Shown here in pieces: positions 25,040-36,755 of a stretch of DNA of 64,000 nt (position 1 is its first letter; every line of letters starts with the position of its first letter). Origin of the DNA: Balanoglossus misakiensis (lineage: Eukaryota; Animalia; Hemichordata); the NCBI GenBank assembly GCA_040954595.2, contig CM082586.2, positions 6,124,509 through 6,188,508 of the forward strand. Direction: 5' to 3'. The position numbers and the translations under genes were made by a program. The notes under the pieces were generated by a model that did not search any database, was not told where the DNA came from, and saw only the letters and a program-made list of their open reading frames with translations.

Positions 25040-26848
25040 GATGGCTACCCTTTGATCAATAACTAGTGCATATGGAGCACGTGTGTCATAACATGTAGAT
25101 AATTTAACAACTAATTTGATGTGAACATTGCATTCTGTGACCTCCCATCTGTTGATTGATTTTTAGATGGTGTAAACGCCATGAACAAGTCATAAAAGTT
25201 TGTCACTTACACGACTAAAGATGCGGCACGACTTACACTAAAACAGAACGTCATTCTCGAATTAGGATTGAACTGGACCATTCTTTACGAGAGGCTTGGG
25301 TATTCTCTTAATATAGGTATCAATGGCCTTGACATTTCAAAAAGGAACACGAACAGGTTGGTGACCCTTCGCGGAGGTTTTCATCATCAGAAGTAACGTG
25401 CGCCGGATGCAGAAATCACAGATTGCCTCTTACAAAGAAGTAAAGCTTCAAGGGATTAATTCACCGATAGAAACGATAACACGACCTTGATCCCCCTGAG
25501 TCCAATCTGAAGATCGTCAAACAAGGTAAGCATTAGTATCATGTACATGAAAGTACCCACAGTCAATTAGGATCCGGACATTTAATACGATGGTGATCCA
25601 GGGATGTTAATGAACACAAGCAGTCATTCAGAATGTGCGTGGGAAAGCATCTTGTTGCCCGACTGTAATCCGATGGCAAAACAAATGTATGAACCTTCGC
25701 CGTCAAATGAAACCGAATCAATGTGTCAATTTGATACAATCCCATCGCAGGTCCTTGATAAGAATGAGACAAAATACATGTTGGAAACTTAAACCGAGAG
25801 ATCAGGGATTTTTTACTCGACGAATATACTGAAAATGGGATTTGTGGCACGTTTATACATCCAATACGAAAGAGACTAATTCCTTACACCGGACTGCGCG
25901 TCACGAGTTTTAAATATAATACATAACAAACATCTATATTATTATTGTCATCAGCCTATAGTGTAAATCACACAGTTACTATACCCGGTAATGCTGGTAT
26001 TTTATTGTAGGTCGCACCGACCCGTTTGGAGAAAGTTCCATAGACAGCCTCTATATGCATGTTTTCAATTATTAGAAGATGCAGTTAACATGAATTGTGA
26101 GCGAGATTTTCCAAAGTCTAATTACGCCGAAGAACATTCCACGGAGAGAGGGCCGCTCACACAGGAGAATTAAGGTGAACCAAATATTACTCAGAACTTT
26201 TAAAGTTCCCCGGAGGAGAAAACATTTACAAGTTGCGTGGATTCGATTAAACAAGAAAATTGGATTAATATATTTAACAGGTTGTTTGCTTAAATAAGTA
26301 ATTGGTAATCTCTGACCAAATTAACCGAAATCAGAGGATGTGATATTTTAAACTGGCAGGTACGATGAAGCATCGAGGCTTGCTTAATTGTACATACAAT
26401 TATACAGGGATTATGTCTTACTCCCATGAATTGTCGCGAAGACGAATGCGAATAGTCTGTAGGCAGGTCTCGTTTACTCTAGATTTGCGGAGAGCTCTTG
26501 AGGCTAGTGTTGTGTGTGTTCCATGAATACTCGCTCATCAATCAGCCTTTGTCGGCATCATAGGCACCAGGAGTCCCTGGATAGGCGCTAGACTGGCCGC
26601 GGGACAAATTAAGTGTTTGGCGATCGCCGAAGCCGCTTCGATGTGAACGCGTGCCTCTTCACATTGTAAGGCATATTCATTATCCGCTATTCTGATCATA
26701 CATTTTTGTTAACTTGTTGAATTGAACTTGACTGGGTCAATAAGGCATGTAGAAGACTAACTCTAAACCTCGGGGGAGTAGTACTTCCTGACACGGTGAC
26801 TTTTTTGTATCATCAAGGTAATTCTCTTGGGCGTTCTTTACAACACCT

Positions 26849-26895
26849 TTAAAGGGCGACGACCGTCTTATGCGCATGTGCCAAACTAGAGATTC
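26849..26895 (+). mobile_element. Terminus of a TTAA-flanked non-autonomous DNA transposon family (Kolobok-like RR terminus)
   Basis: TTAA followed by agggcgacgaccgtcttatgcgcatgtgccaaactagagattc, 35/43 identical to 36599-36641, which is also preceded by TTAA. The opposite end was not found. Confidence 0.5.
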
Positions 26896-29800
26896 GCAGC
26901 ATGCAATGCAGACAGGCTGTTCTCATTTCACATATTTTTCACACTGGAACAAAGGCGAAGTGCACGATGCAAAGAATGCACGTTCGCTGGATTAATTAGG
27001 TTCTCGCAGAATAATCCCGACGGAGCGACGCGACTAATACCACCTGAATCCTTCTGCGATAATGCCCCAGGAATTCTAAACTGAAATTGCAACAGTTTTT
27101 TTGTAATCTTGATGAAATGGTCTCTTAATTATTCAGCTATAGTTAAATGTCTCTGTGACATAGCTGTAATGTACGCTGTGACGAGTTGGGCACCATGTTT
27201 CGTGTTTTACTCGCTGATATACTCAGTATGATAAATGGATGTTTGTTTTGTGCTTCTTCTTTTGTGAGAACCATATGCCCCCATAATGCATAGCGGGCCA
27301 CAGGGGAAATTAACTACATGCACCAGATCCTGACACTTCTAAAACTACAATATTTGCATATGATGATATTTGGTGGCCTCTCTGGGGAATCAAATTTCTT
27401 TGATGATGTGCCCTTCTTGCGTACATTATTACTCAAATTGATGTGCATAATACAACGATTACAGTCGTCAGCTTGATGTAATAATTTGAATGTGAATATC
27501 CTCCTACTATTAGGTGATGTGCCAAGAACATTTGTCATACTGTTAGTGTCTTGGGAAATTTAGCAAATGCGTATACCTCTTTAATTTTTGATAACACTCA
27601 TTCAAGACCTTAACAACAGATTGCGATAAACTGTACACCTTCGGAAAGTATCATCAATTTCCTCAAATGTAACAAAAAAGAGGTTCGCTTTGGGTAATTA
27701 TGTGAAAAAATTCACAAGTCAATTTGAGACAGGTGAAATTAGCAGAAACAACATCGCTTAATTTAGTATCAACTTAAAACAATCATTCGATTATGCTATG
27801 TGACTGATCACAAACAGGTGATAAGTATTAAAATGTTCGAGATTCAAAATGGCCGCCATGTTGTATTGTCTCGACAAGAAGGAAAGATCAGTAACATCTG
27901 AAGTACCGGAGAAAAAAAGCGCTATCCGAGCTTTTTTTCTTGTTGGATGCTTTCAAATCGCAACATGCAATGTGTAAACAAGCAAAACTATTTGCATGAA
28001 AATCTGCTGACGAGCTCTAGCCAGCTAAAATGTGCTTGATAACGGACATCATTACTCTTAAAGCTTACATTCTCTAATGTACTGCTACACTTCAATTCTT
28101 TACCTGGGTGCAGATAACATATGCTGATCGGTTTTATGGCCCTGCAATAAAATGGAAGCGTAGTGCCTTCTTTAAGTGCATCAACTCTTTATAATTAGCT
28201 TCCAATGGAGTAATGATTTTGCTAGGCTTTCACAGCTGTCGTAGGAGCCATTCTTAGGTTTTATATATTACATCCAGTTTACGATAGATGCATTCACATA
28301 TTCTTGGCAGTTTTTATCGCGTCATCACTTGTATAACTAATACCCTGCTTTCCTGTGGCGAGGATGCGAGCCGAAAGCGATTAATTTTAACGGTTCGGTA
28401 ATATTGAAATTCGTTCCTAAAATACTTGCAATTGTCCTATAATGTCACCACTATCAATCCATCTTTTATGTGACATATAGGCACACGCGGATGCAATCAG
28501 GCTGGTGGAGCTAATTCTTATTAAGATGGCATTTATATCAGATGGAAGTTTGATCACATACTCTTGTATACTGGTAAAATTATTGTTCTTCAGATAACAC
28601 TTAATTATCCTTTTCCATCAAATAAAGAGCGAGCACAGGTTAATAGACAGTCATGCATCTAGATGCAGATAACGCTAAATTTGGAAAACATTGGCATAGA
28701 AATCCTACGACTTCGTATCATCAGACACCGATAAATGAATACAGATTTAGGCGCATGAAAAGACTTGATATTCGACTTGCAAACAGCCAATGATCCCTAT
28801 TAGAATAGACAGTGCATCCAAATGAATGTTCTGGGTATGATGTTCTATCGACTCATCAACTACAGAGTCAAGATGTCCGTCTTGGGGAAGTTTGCGGATT
28901 GAAATATATGGTGCTTATCTTAATAAATGACATCATTACCCACATTACTGTAATCTACGGCGTACAGTGAACTATTGCACAGTACGCGAAATCTCAAACT
29001 AATACTTAGTGACCAAAGTCAAATAGTAATTTAGCTGTTGCTTTAGTATTCAAGAATCGTCGAAATGCCAAACTTCGGGGGAGCTATGGTTCTTGAAACA
29101 ACCAGTGTCGCCAGCTATGGGGAAATTATATTAATATGTACACATAGTTTCAGCATGCATGGAGTAAAACCTACTCAAATTTTGAGACATAAATCATTGA
29201 CTTTGCCGACATATTCCTTTAGTGGCTGATAATACTGCCGGATGATGCACAGGTCGTAATACTATTGCTAATATCCCGAGCGTAGAAATGAACATTTGAA
29301 TTGATGCACGGTGATCAGATTAAATACCCATGAATACTTCTGCGATTTCGGTCGAGCTTAAACGGCTATTATTTAATGGACGGCCATAAAAGTTTACATT
29401 ACGTACCTATGGTAATTGTTTTCAAATGGAAGTAAATTGTTCGATTTTACTTTGATGTGTACGGTGCGAGTAATTATCTGATTTTATTGTAACAGGGACT
29501 TAAATTCATCTTAAGAAAGACAGGAACATCGACCATGAAATCGTGAATTGGAAAGGGGAGTGTGGAATATAAAAGATTCTCTTGGAGATTTGTGGCCACT
29601 TTCGACAATATTCAGGATGGTGATTTGACCCCCTAGCACGAACTAAAACGGTTACCCTATCGAAGGTAGCCAGAATAAAAAGCAAGTCTCCGATAACGAC
29701 ATCAGATACACGCTTCAGTCAAGATTAATTTTCTGATTCACACTCTGTTAATATACCTGCCTGTTGATATAACGCCACTTGCATTCGAAACAGCCATAAA

Positions 29801-31891
29801 CTATATACTAAAGACAAGATAACAAGAGAACGCCCATCAACAGAATACTGAATGTGTGATATATCGCTCTCTCGTTCCACGCATACAAGTCATGTAGTCT
29901 TGTGCGTATTGCCGTGGCATAGACTATGCAGTCTTGTCTACAGGTAGAAAGTTGCAATTGCGAAAGATCAATATTTGACATCCGGCACCAGGGTACATAT
30001 GCTTTATGCTAATTTACAAACTACAAAACAGTGAATCACTACCAACAGTCAACAATAAGTCTAGCACATTTATGTGAAGATGATAAAAAATGCTCATACC
30101 TTGTTGCAAACAGATATACATGTATTTTAGGGTTTTATCGTTGTTATGGCACCGAAAATTCTGTTTCATTTCAGAACTGTAGAGCATCTGCGAGAATTTG
30201 TGATTACGCACGTGCGTCATGATGTCGCCTTTAGCCAAGGAGACATAATTATGTCGTCGATGACTCAATTGGATTAAATTGATACCAGTTATTTCTAAAA
30301 TACAGACAATATACCCTGTGCTGTAATTGATATGACATTTTAAAATTGAACAGGAAAATATTTCCAAGCGAGGCCAAGGGCGTCAATAAAGAACTCAATT
30401 AAGCTTAGATTTGTTTGCATTTCACAGCCTGGGGTTTCTTAATGTTTGACGTTTCAGTCTGCACTCACATACAGCAGGACTACTGGACGCTTAAATATTA
30501 GACCGCGGCATATAAGATAAACAAACCACAGGCTACAAGACTCTTTCACGGAAAAAAATCATTAGAGTTTTATAAAATACCCAAACAAAGGATTTTGTTT
30601 TCACTTTTTGGATAATTAAAGTTGTGATATATTTTCCAAGGGTCATTTAAGGAAGGTTTGAGTCATTAATTGTAAACAATTGTTCAACGCGTCATAGACA
30701 TCTTTTTCATGAGTTTCTATGGCAATAAGGAGCTATCCCAGAACATTCAACGACATCTTATCATAATCTTGTTTTCGCTTGCACATTGACAACGGTATTA
30801 AAGTTTCCCTTCGATCCGACGGCATATTGTCTGAATGGTTTGACAGTAGCAAAATGATCAATTTGTCAGCTGCATTACAGATGATGCCCCTTCGCGAATG
30901 TGATTGGACGCATCTTGTTGCTACAGCAACCAGCTAACAGGCTGGTCGATGCTCTGCTACGCAGTTGCGAGTTCTCGTCTGCGGTCTTTGCAGTCGTTAT
31001 TTGTTCAGTGTCGTGTATAGCATCAATCCTTCTGAGCTCTCAACTGAAGTGGTGCAAACTACGTTATTCAAGTACCGTCGGTCGGTCCACAGGCAGGTAG
31101 GCAGTCAGGTGAGTGGGTTTAAAAATGATATTCTTTCAAAGTGTGAGTGATTATGTCTGCAATACTTAATTGTATATTCCATTTGCTGTACAAACTTTTA
31201 GACTATTCAGTTTAAGAATGATCATCTGAATATGTGAATTTGAATAGGTGATTGCTTACTCACATCTGGTTGTTACATCGCGAATGGAAAATAGACTCAA
31301 AAAACCAAGACCCAAATTATCAGTATTGGTGTTAGCTGTTTTGTGGCATGGATAGGGAACTATGATCCAATCGAATCTGGTGATACGAGTACAGCAGACG
31401 TGTGACAGATGATACCAGCGCATCAACTGGAAAGATATACGGTCTGCAAATGAACGCCCGTGTGTTAAATTTAGTTCAATCTCCTCTCCACGTTTTCCAA
31501 GTAGGCCATTACGTTGAATCAGTAACAGGTAATATGATCTGACTACACATGACGAACTCTCAAAATAAGCAAAAGTTATCGTGATTCGTACATTACATGG
31601 CATATGGAGCGTAACGAACCGTAAACCGCGGTGATAAATAACACGAGGCATAAACTGAACGATTGGTTTTACACCTATGCAAATCTTCATTTGTAACCAT
31701 TTCAAATAATTTTGCCAACTTTTATTTATGAACTGTTGGAAACCCTAGTGGCACGTTGCTTAGTGCCTTGCAAATAAATAGATTATGCTTGTATGGCAAT
31801 CATATATATATGTAGAGACTTTCTCGTTACTGCCTCAATATGATCTTTTTGCACTAGTTTTGAAATGTGATGAACTATTGCATAATAAACC

Positions 31892-32069
31892 TCACGATAA
31901 TCTTTTGCGAGATTATTAGATTTGTAAATTCAGCTGAAAATTATTAAATCTATTTAATGAAAATTATAATACATTATATACGTCACGATAATCTTTTGCG
32001 AGATTATTAGATATGTAAATTTAGCTGAAAATTATAAAATGTAGTTAATGAAAATTATAATCCATTATA
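31892..32069. repeat. Tandem duplication, 91-bp unit x2
   Basis: tcacgataatcttttgcgagattattaga... starts at 31892 and again at 31983, with few substitutions. Confidence 0.93.
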
Positions 32070-35000
32070 AAACTATTCTATACACAGTGTTGTATTTTCG
32101 CATAGACACAACACGTGTTTAGAGTATTGGTATGGAAATTAGAAATGGTAAGGAAAATTGGAATGCATTCATATTCTCGTGCACAGGAATTACGCAAGGC
32201 GAATTTTGTGTTCACTAATAATAAAGATTACAGAATTTTATTTAATTCTAATGTAAATTCGGTATGGGTTTAATGTTGCTTGTGTAAAAAAAAGATGAGC
32301 TTTTCTTTCCATTGTGCTTTGTCACGAAAAGAAGCATACATGTTGTAAATGAAAGAAATGAGAACGTCATAGGATATCTAAACTGACTTCCACATATATG
32401 ACTCGCACAGAATGAGTAGTTAATTAAGGTCAGCCCAGAGGTCCAACTTTCCTTTAAAAAATCTGAGATTCTTTGAGGCGCGTTGAATCAACTCAAAAGA
32501 ATTCATGTGGGTTGATGCAAAAGATGCTGAGATTGCAACCGTCAATCACCCGGATATAAGTGACAATATTATGTGAGATTATGCAGACGCATTGTACTCA
32601 GAGTTGATCAATTCACGTAGCACGTGAGTCGATTGCACGTCTTGGCTTTTGGATATACTTACGAGTTATATAGAGAATACTGTACACTTTTTTTTTCAAG
32701 TCTCGTGTAGCTGTTGCTCCTTAAACTAGCCTTGTCTGAATTTTCAGAAGGTTAGTATTGAAAATCACTACCGAAATATTTACAAAGTTATTATCACATA
32801 ACGTTTCTTACTCTATGTATCCAGGAACGGAATGTTTTGAGGGATTACATCCATGTCTAGAAATCTTATATTTCTTGTACAAAGAATTTGCACTGTAGAC
32901 TGTTTAGCATGAAAGAACTCCTATGAGTTACACGGATATTGAACTCAAAATATTATCCTCAAAAGCATTATCGTTAATATTTATGTCTATTTGATTGATA
33001 TATCCGTGGTGCTTTTTTATCATCGATAGTAAATGTCTGTTACTGACTATATAATACTACCTGTCATCGCTGGCAACGGGAGATAAAACTATTTATTCTT
33101 TGAAACGTTGACAGTTTCGAGGACAGCCTCCCCCAAGTTATATTGAAACACGCATTGTCTCATACACTATTAGTCCCAAGGCACGTGACTGTTATGCAAA
33201 TAAGAAACTCTTGTGGTCAAAGTCACAAAATATTAAGAACAATGTACACAGCACTGCATGTATTGTAAATGCTGCCTCTTTAGCCAGGCAATTAAATGCA
33301 GCCGTAGGTTCTGTGTTTCAATGCTACCAGATACTCGTACATCACTTATTTTTTGCGCCAAATGGCAGTCGCGCGCGTGAAATGCAGTTTCTGATGTTTG
33401 TGTCGTACATTTTTGTTGACATATTCATGCCGAGTATAAAATGTCAAAGTGCCATCCTTTACTGACGACGGCGTTGCTATTCAATCATAATAAAAAATTG
33501 TCATTTCCTCGTCGTAAGATTACGCTAACCTCTTTCCCATGGGCATGTGTCTTTATCTGAACCAGAAAGTTATGTCTTTTGCAAATCCCTCGTGTGAAAT
33601 AAATCATTCCACATTATTCTCTCTCTTAAAATTAAACGATGACGATTTTGAGGTCCATAAGTACTAAACGTTACTCCTAAAGGCATAAATGATCTATCTC
33701 AGCAACATTTTTGTTCCATTAATTTACAATTGAGTACCAGGGGAGCTTCATAAAATACCATTATTCTGTTGACAGCTCTATAGAGATTAGAAATATATCA
33801 AATACATTTTTAAGGAATAGTTAAAATTTACTACCAACTTACCAGCGCACAAACTCGACACTTGTGGGGACTTCTTCCGGGACACTTCACACTTGGATAT
33901 TCACACACGGAGTGATGACGTCATATGCTCACATGGAAATCGAATACAACGGAGTACGATTTACAGTGTCCAGAATGCACGAGGTGAAGACATCCGAAAT
34001 ATAATTCCATGAGAATTCCCTTCTCTGCGAATTGGACAGATTAGTTTGAGATCCTCTGGCATGGCATGGGGACAGCGTAGGCGTGGCCAGCCACACGTTC
34101 TTAATGAATCCACGTTATCCGGCAAAGCAAAACCCACATGGGTTAGATTTTTGTTGCAGAGTGTAGGGGCCGGCGAAAGCTCACCTCCTACGGTACTTAA
34201 CTCCTGTCCAGGTCCACTTATTCGCGCAAAAACTTTGTCACATCCAGGTCACGGAGTCCGCCATCTTCATACTACTGAGCACTGTCGCATAATGACATAA
34301 CAATGCAATTATAATTACTGAGCTGGAAAACACCTGCTAAGTGGACAGGTTATTGTTGGTAATTGACCACGTGTAACACCAAACACCTGGTTGTACCATT
34401 GCAAATGGACAGCTTGATCTTATTGGCCGCTGCACCTGCTTACATAATCGTCAATGCGACAACTGTTTATTTTGAAACATTTGGCTTGTATGTTTTGTTG
34501 TGGGGAGTCCTGTTGAAATGTCTCACGCCGATCATGCGCGTACATGTATGTGTTAGCCTATCCCACACGCTGCAATGTGTTGTTTTTACCGTTATCCGAT
34601 AAACAACTCATCATGTTCAGATCCGTCACTTTTAACATACGCCAGAGACACGTTAGTGGTTTTGAAAGTGGCACCCCTGGGGAAAGGCTATCTCATCAAT
34701 CATGTCTGTTTACTTCAGTATCATTAATCGTAAAATTGGTGCTAATAAAAGCACTATCTCTTGCAGGCACTGATCTGTTGCGATGAATAGTGCGGCGTAA
34801 TACAGATACGTTGCCGGGTGTTGACACGTTGAAGACCCATGGAAACATGGAAATGGCCCTGCAGTAGCGGCCATCATGTTGACAGCAAGCTCCATATTCT
34901 CTTAGTAAACTATACGCCGTATCGCCTCAGAACTTCAAGCGTCTGTAAATGTAAGTAATCTTGCATCGGCGGCGGCAATGAAGGAGGCACTAGCAACGCT

Positions 35001-35354
35001 GTTAATGTTACCGAATACATGTAGGTGCAGAGTGTAAGAAAGATCCGTTAACACGACGGGTCATGTGTTATTTGTCCTGTGTCACATGGAAAAGTCTTCT
35101 GCCTGGCCACGCGAGATATTATGGGGGTCTCGTTGAATTGGGAAAATGGTATGTTTATATGCAGCCTGTCACAGCATGTAAATGATTCGCTCGAACGTCT
35201 TACAAGGTGCATTGGATCAATCATGGTGAATTCTCAAAGGTTCTTGATTGCATGGAAATTATTTTTTTGCCTTTGCAACAGGTGTCCATAGACTTAAGTA
35301 TGCATATAGGCCTAAGATCATCAGAACACTTTTCGTAACTCGTGAAATATTGAT

Positions 35355-35420
35355 TTCTCTCTGTCTCTGTCTGCCTGTCTCTCCTCCTCCTCCTCTCTCT
35401 CTCTCTCTCTCGTCTCACAG
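35355..35420 (+). other. CT-rich polypyrimidine tract and splice acceptor of the GPCR coding exon
   Basis: A CT/CCT run ends in gtctcacAG (35419-35420), 15 nt before the ATG. The same gtctcacag precedes the ATG of the minus-strand paralogue. Confidence 0.75.
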
Positions 35421-35435
35421 GCTATTAGATTAAAG

Positions 35436-36563
35436 ATGGAAAACACCACGGACGGTGGAATGAACGTTACTGAAGTAGTGGGGCCATCCCAACTTGAGTC
35501 AGATGCTCTGGCCGCTTACATGAAATGGCGGATGGCGTTTATCGCTGAGATAGCCAGAGTCTCAACACCACCGTTGGCGACGGCGATTATTAGCGTCATC
35601 TTCATGGTGCTAATAATTGTCGGAAACGTGTGGGTAATCGTGGCCGTCATTCGCCAACCGAAGCTGAGGAATTCTGCAACGAATGTGTTCATCGTATCGC
35701 TGTCCGTGTCAGATCTTATCATCGGCGTCGCCTTCGTGCCCATCCATATCACAGACTTTGCATACGGCAGAACAATGAGCGACCCTTTTCTCTGCTTTTT
35801 CACTAGTTTCCTCCACAGCTGCGCCATGTGCGGTACGACATTCTCGTTGATATGCATCGGCGTCGACCGATACAGAGCTATTGTCCACCCGCTGAAACCC
35901 AAAATCTCGGTGCGCCAAGCGATTGCATGTTGCGGAGTGGTCTGGCTAACGTGCGCCCTCTTCTCCATCCAGGTGCACGCCAACCACGGAATCAAGACAC
36001 ACACGATGCCCGTCGGGAACCAAACGGTGATAGTCGGTCACGAGTGCACGGTCGTCCGTCGGGACATCGACAGGTGGCTGCGAGTTGAGTATTTCTGCGT
36101 CCTGTACGCCATACCGTTGCTCGTACTGGGCGTGTTGTACGGCATAATGATCAAAACCCTGTGGTTTGGAAAATCTCCGAGTAACTCCTCGAGCCGCGGC
36201 AAAAAGAAAGCGATAAAGATGTTAAGTTTTGTAGTCATTCAGTTCGCAATCACATGGGGGCCGTTGTATTCCCTACAAATCTACTTGACGCACGAAACAA
36301 ATCCGCCATTTGACGCCTTGTTGTTTTCAAACACGCCAGTTAACATCGCAATATTTCTATCGCTCTGCAACAGCTTCATCAACCCTATCCTCTATGCGTA
36401 CTTTAACGAGAATTTCCGCAGAGAGTTCCTGAAGATATTTCCGTGTTTCTCTAAACTGACCAAAGTTGCTCCAGAGACAACGGCCGGGACCAATTCACAC
36501 GTGATGTCAGCAACACAGCCGACGCAGACACAGACATCCGCGGTGGTATCAACGATTACTTGA
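35436..36563 (+). CDS. Class A (rhodopsin-like) GPCR, neuropeptide-receptor type (QRFP/NPFF-receptor-like), 375 aa, intronless CDS
   Basis: Seven hydrophobic segments; TM1 GN, TM2 SLSVSDL...P, TM3 Cys and DRY, TM4 W, ECL2 Cys, TM5 YAIP, TM6 FAITWGP, TM7 NPILY, helix 8 NENFRREF; N-terminal N-glycosylation sequons. Subfamily assignment is by motif resemblance only. Confidence 0.95.
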   Translation: MENTTDGGMNVTEVVGPSQLESDALAAYMKWRMAFIAEIARVSTPPLATAIISVIFMVLIIVGNVWVIVAVIRQPKLRNSATNVFIVSLSVSDLIIGVAFVPIHITDFAYGRTMSDPFLCFFTSFLHSCAMCGTTFSLICIGVDRYRAIVHPLKPKISVRQAIACCGVVWLTCALFSIQVHANHGIKTHTMPVGNQTVIVGHECTVVRRDIDRWLRVEYFCVLYAIPLLVLGVLYGIMIKTLWFGKSPSNSSSRGKKKAIKMLSFVVIQFAITWGPLYSLQIYLTHETNPPFDALLFSNTPVNIAIFLSLCNSFINPILYAYFNENFRREFLKIFPCFSKLTKVAPETTAGTNSHVMSATQPTQTQTSAVVSTIT

Positions 36564-36594
36564 AACCACACACGATCACTTCATTGAGCATTAA

Positions 36595-36755
36595 TTAAGG
36601 GGCGACGATCGTCCTATGCGCATGCGTCAAATCAGAGACTCTGGCTACAAACATTGGCTCATGAATTTGAACTGAAAGCGAGGCCAATTGGGAAAGTTGA
36701 CCAATCACATGGAGGGGATTTCCCCACTGGTCTCGCTTTCAGTTCAAATTCATGA
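36595..36755. mobile_element. Truncated TTAA-type transposon relic with internal hairpin, in the GPCR 3' UTR
   Basis: TTAA plus ggggcgacgatcgtcctatgcgcatg terminus shared with 26853; perfect 24-bp inverted repeat 36659-36682 / 36732-36755, extendable imperfectly to about 37 bp. Confidence 0.55.

Noticed and set aside
24815-25066. Repetitive TTQHN and VLCCV ORFs; superficially array-like repeat
   Set aside because: Translations of a pentanucleotide microsatellite; there are no spacers, so it is not CRISPR-like.
27300-27860. Possible transposon remnant with CAAAATGGCCGCC motif and a 74-aa ORF
   Set aside because: No TIR, TSD or transposase motif could be established by eye.
35516-36238. Antisense ORFs of 162 and 66 aa with near-identical counterparts at 43071-43523 and 42801-43001
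   Set aside because: Their apparent conservation simply mirrors the sense-strand GPCR paralogy.
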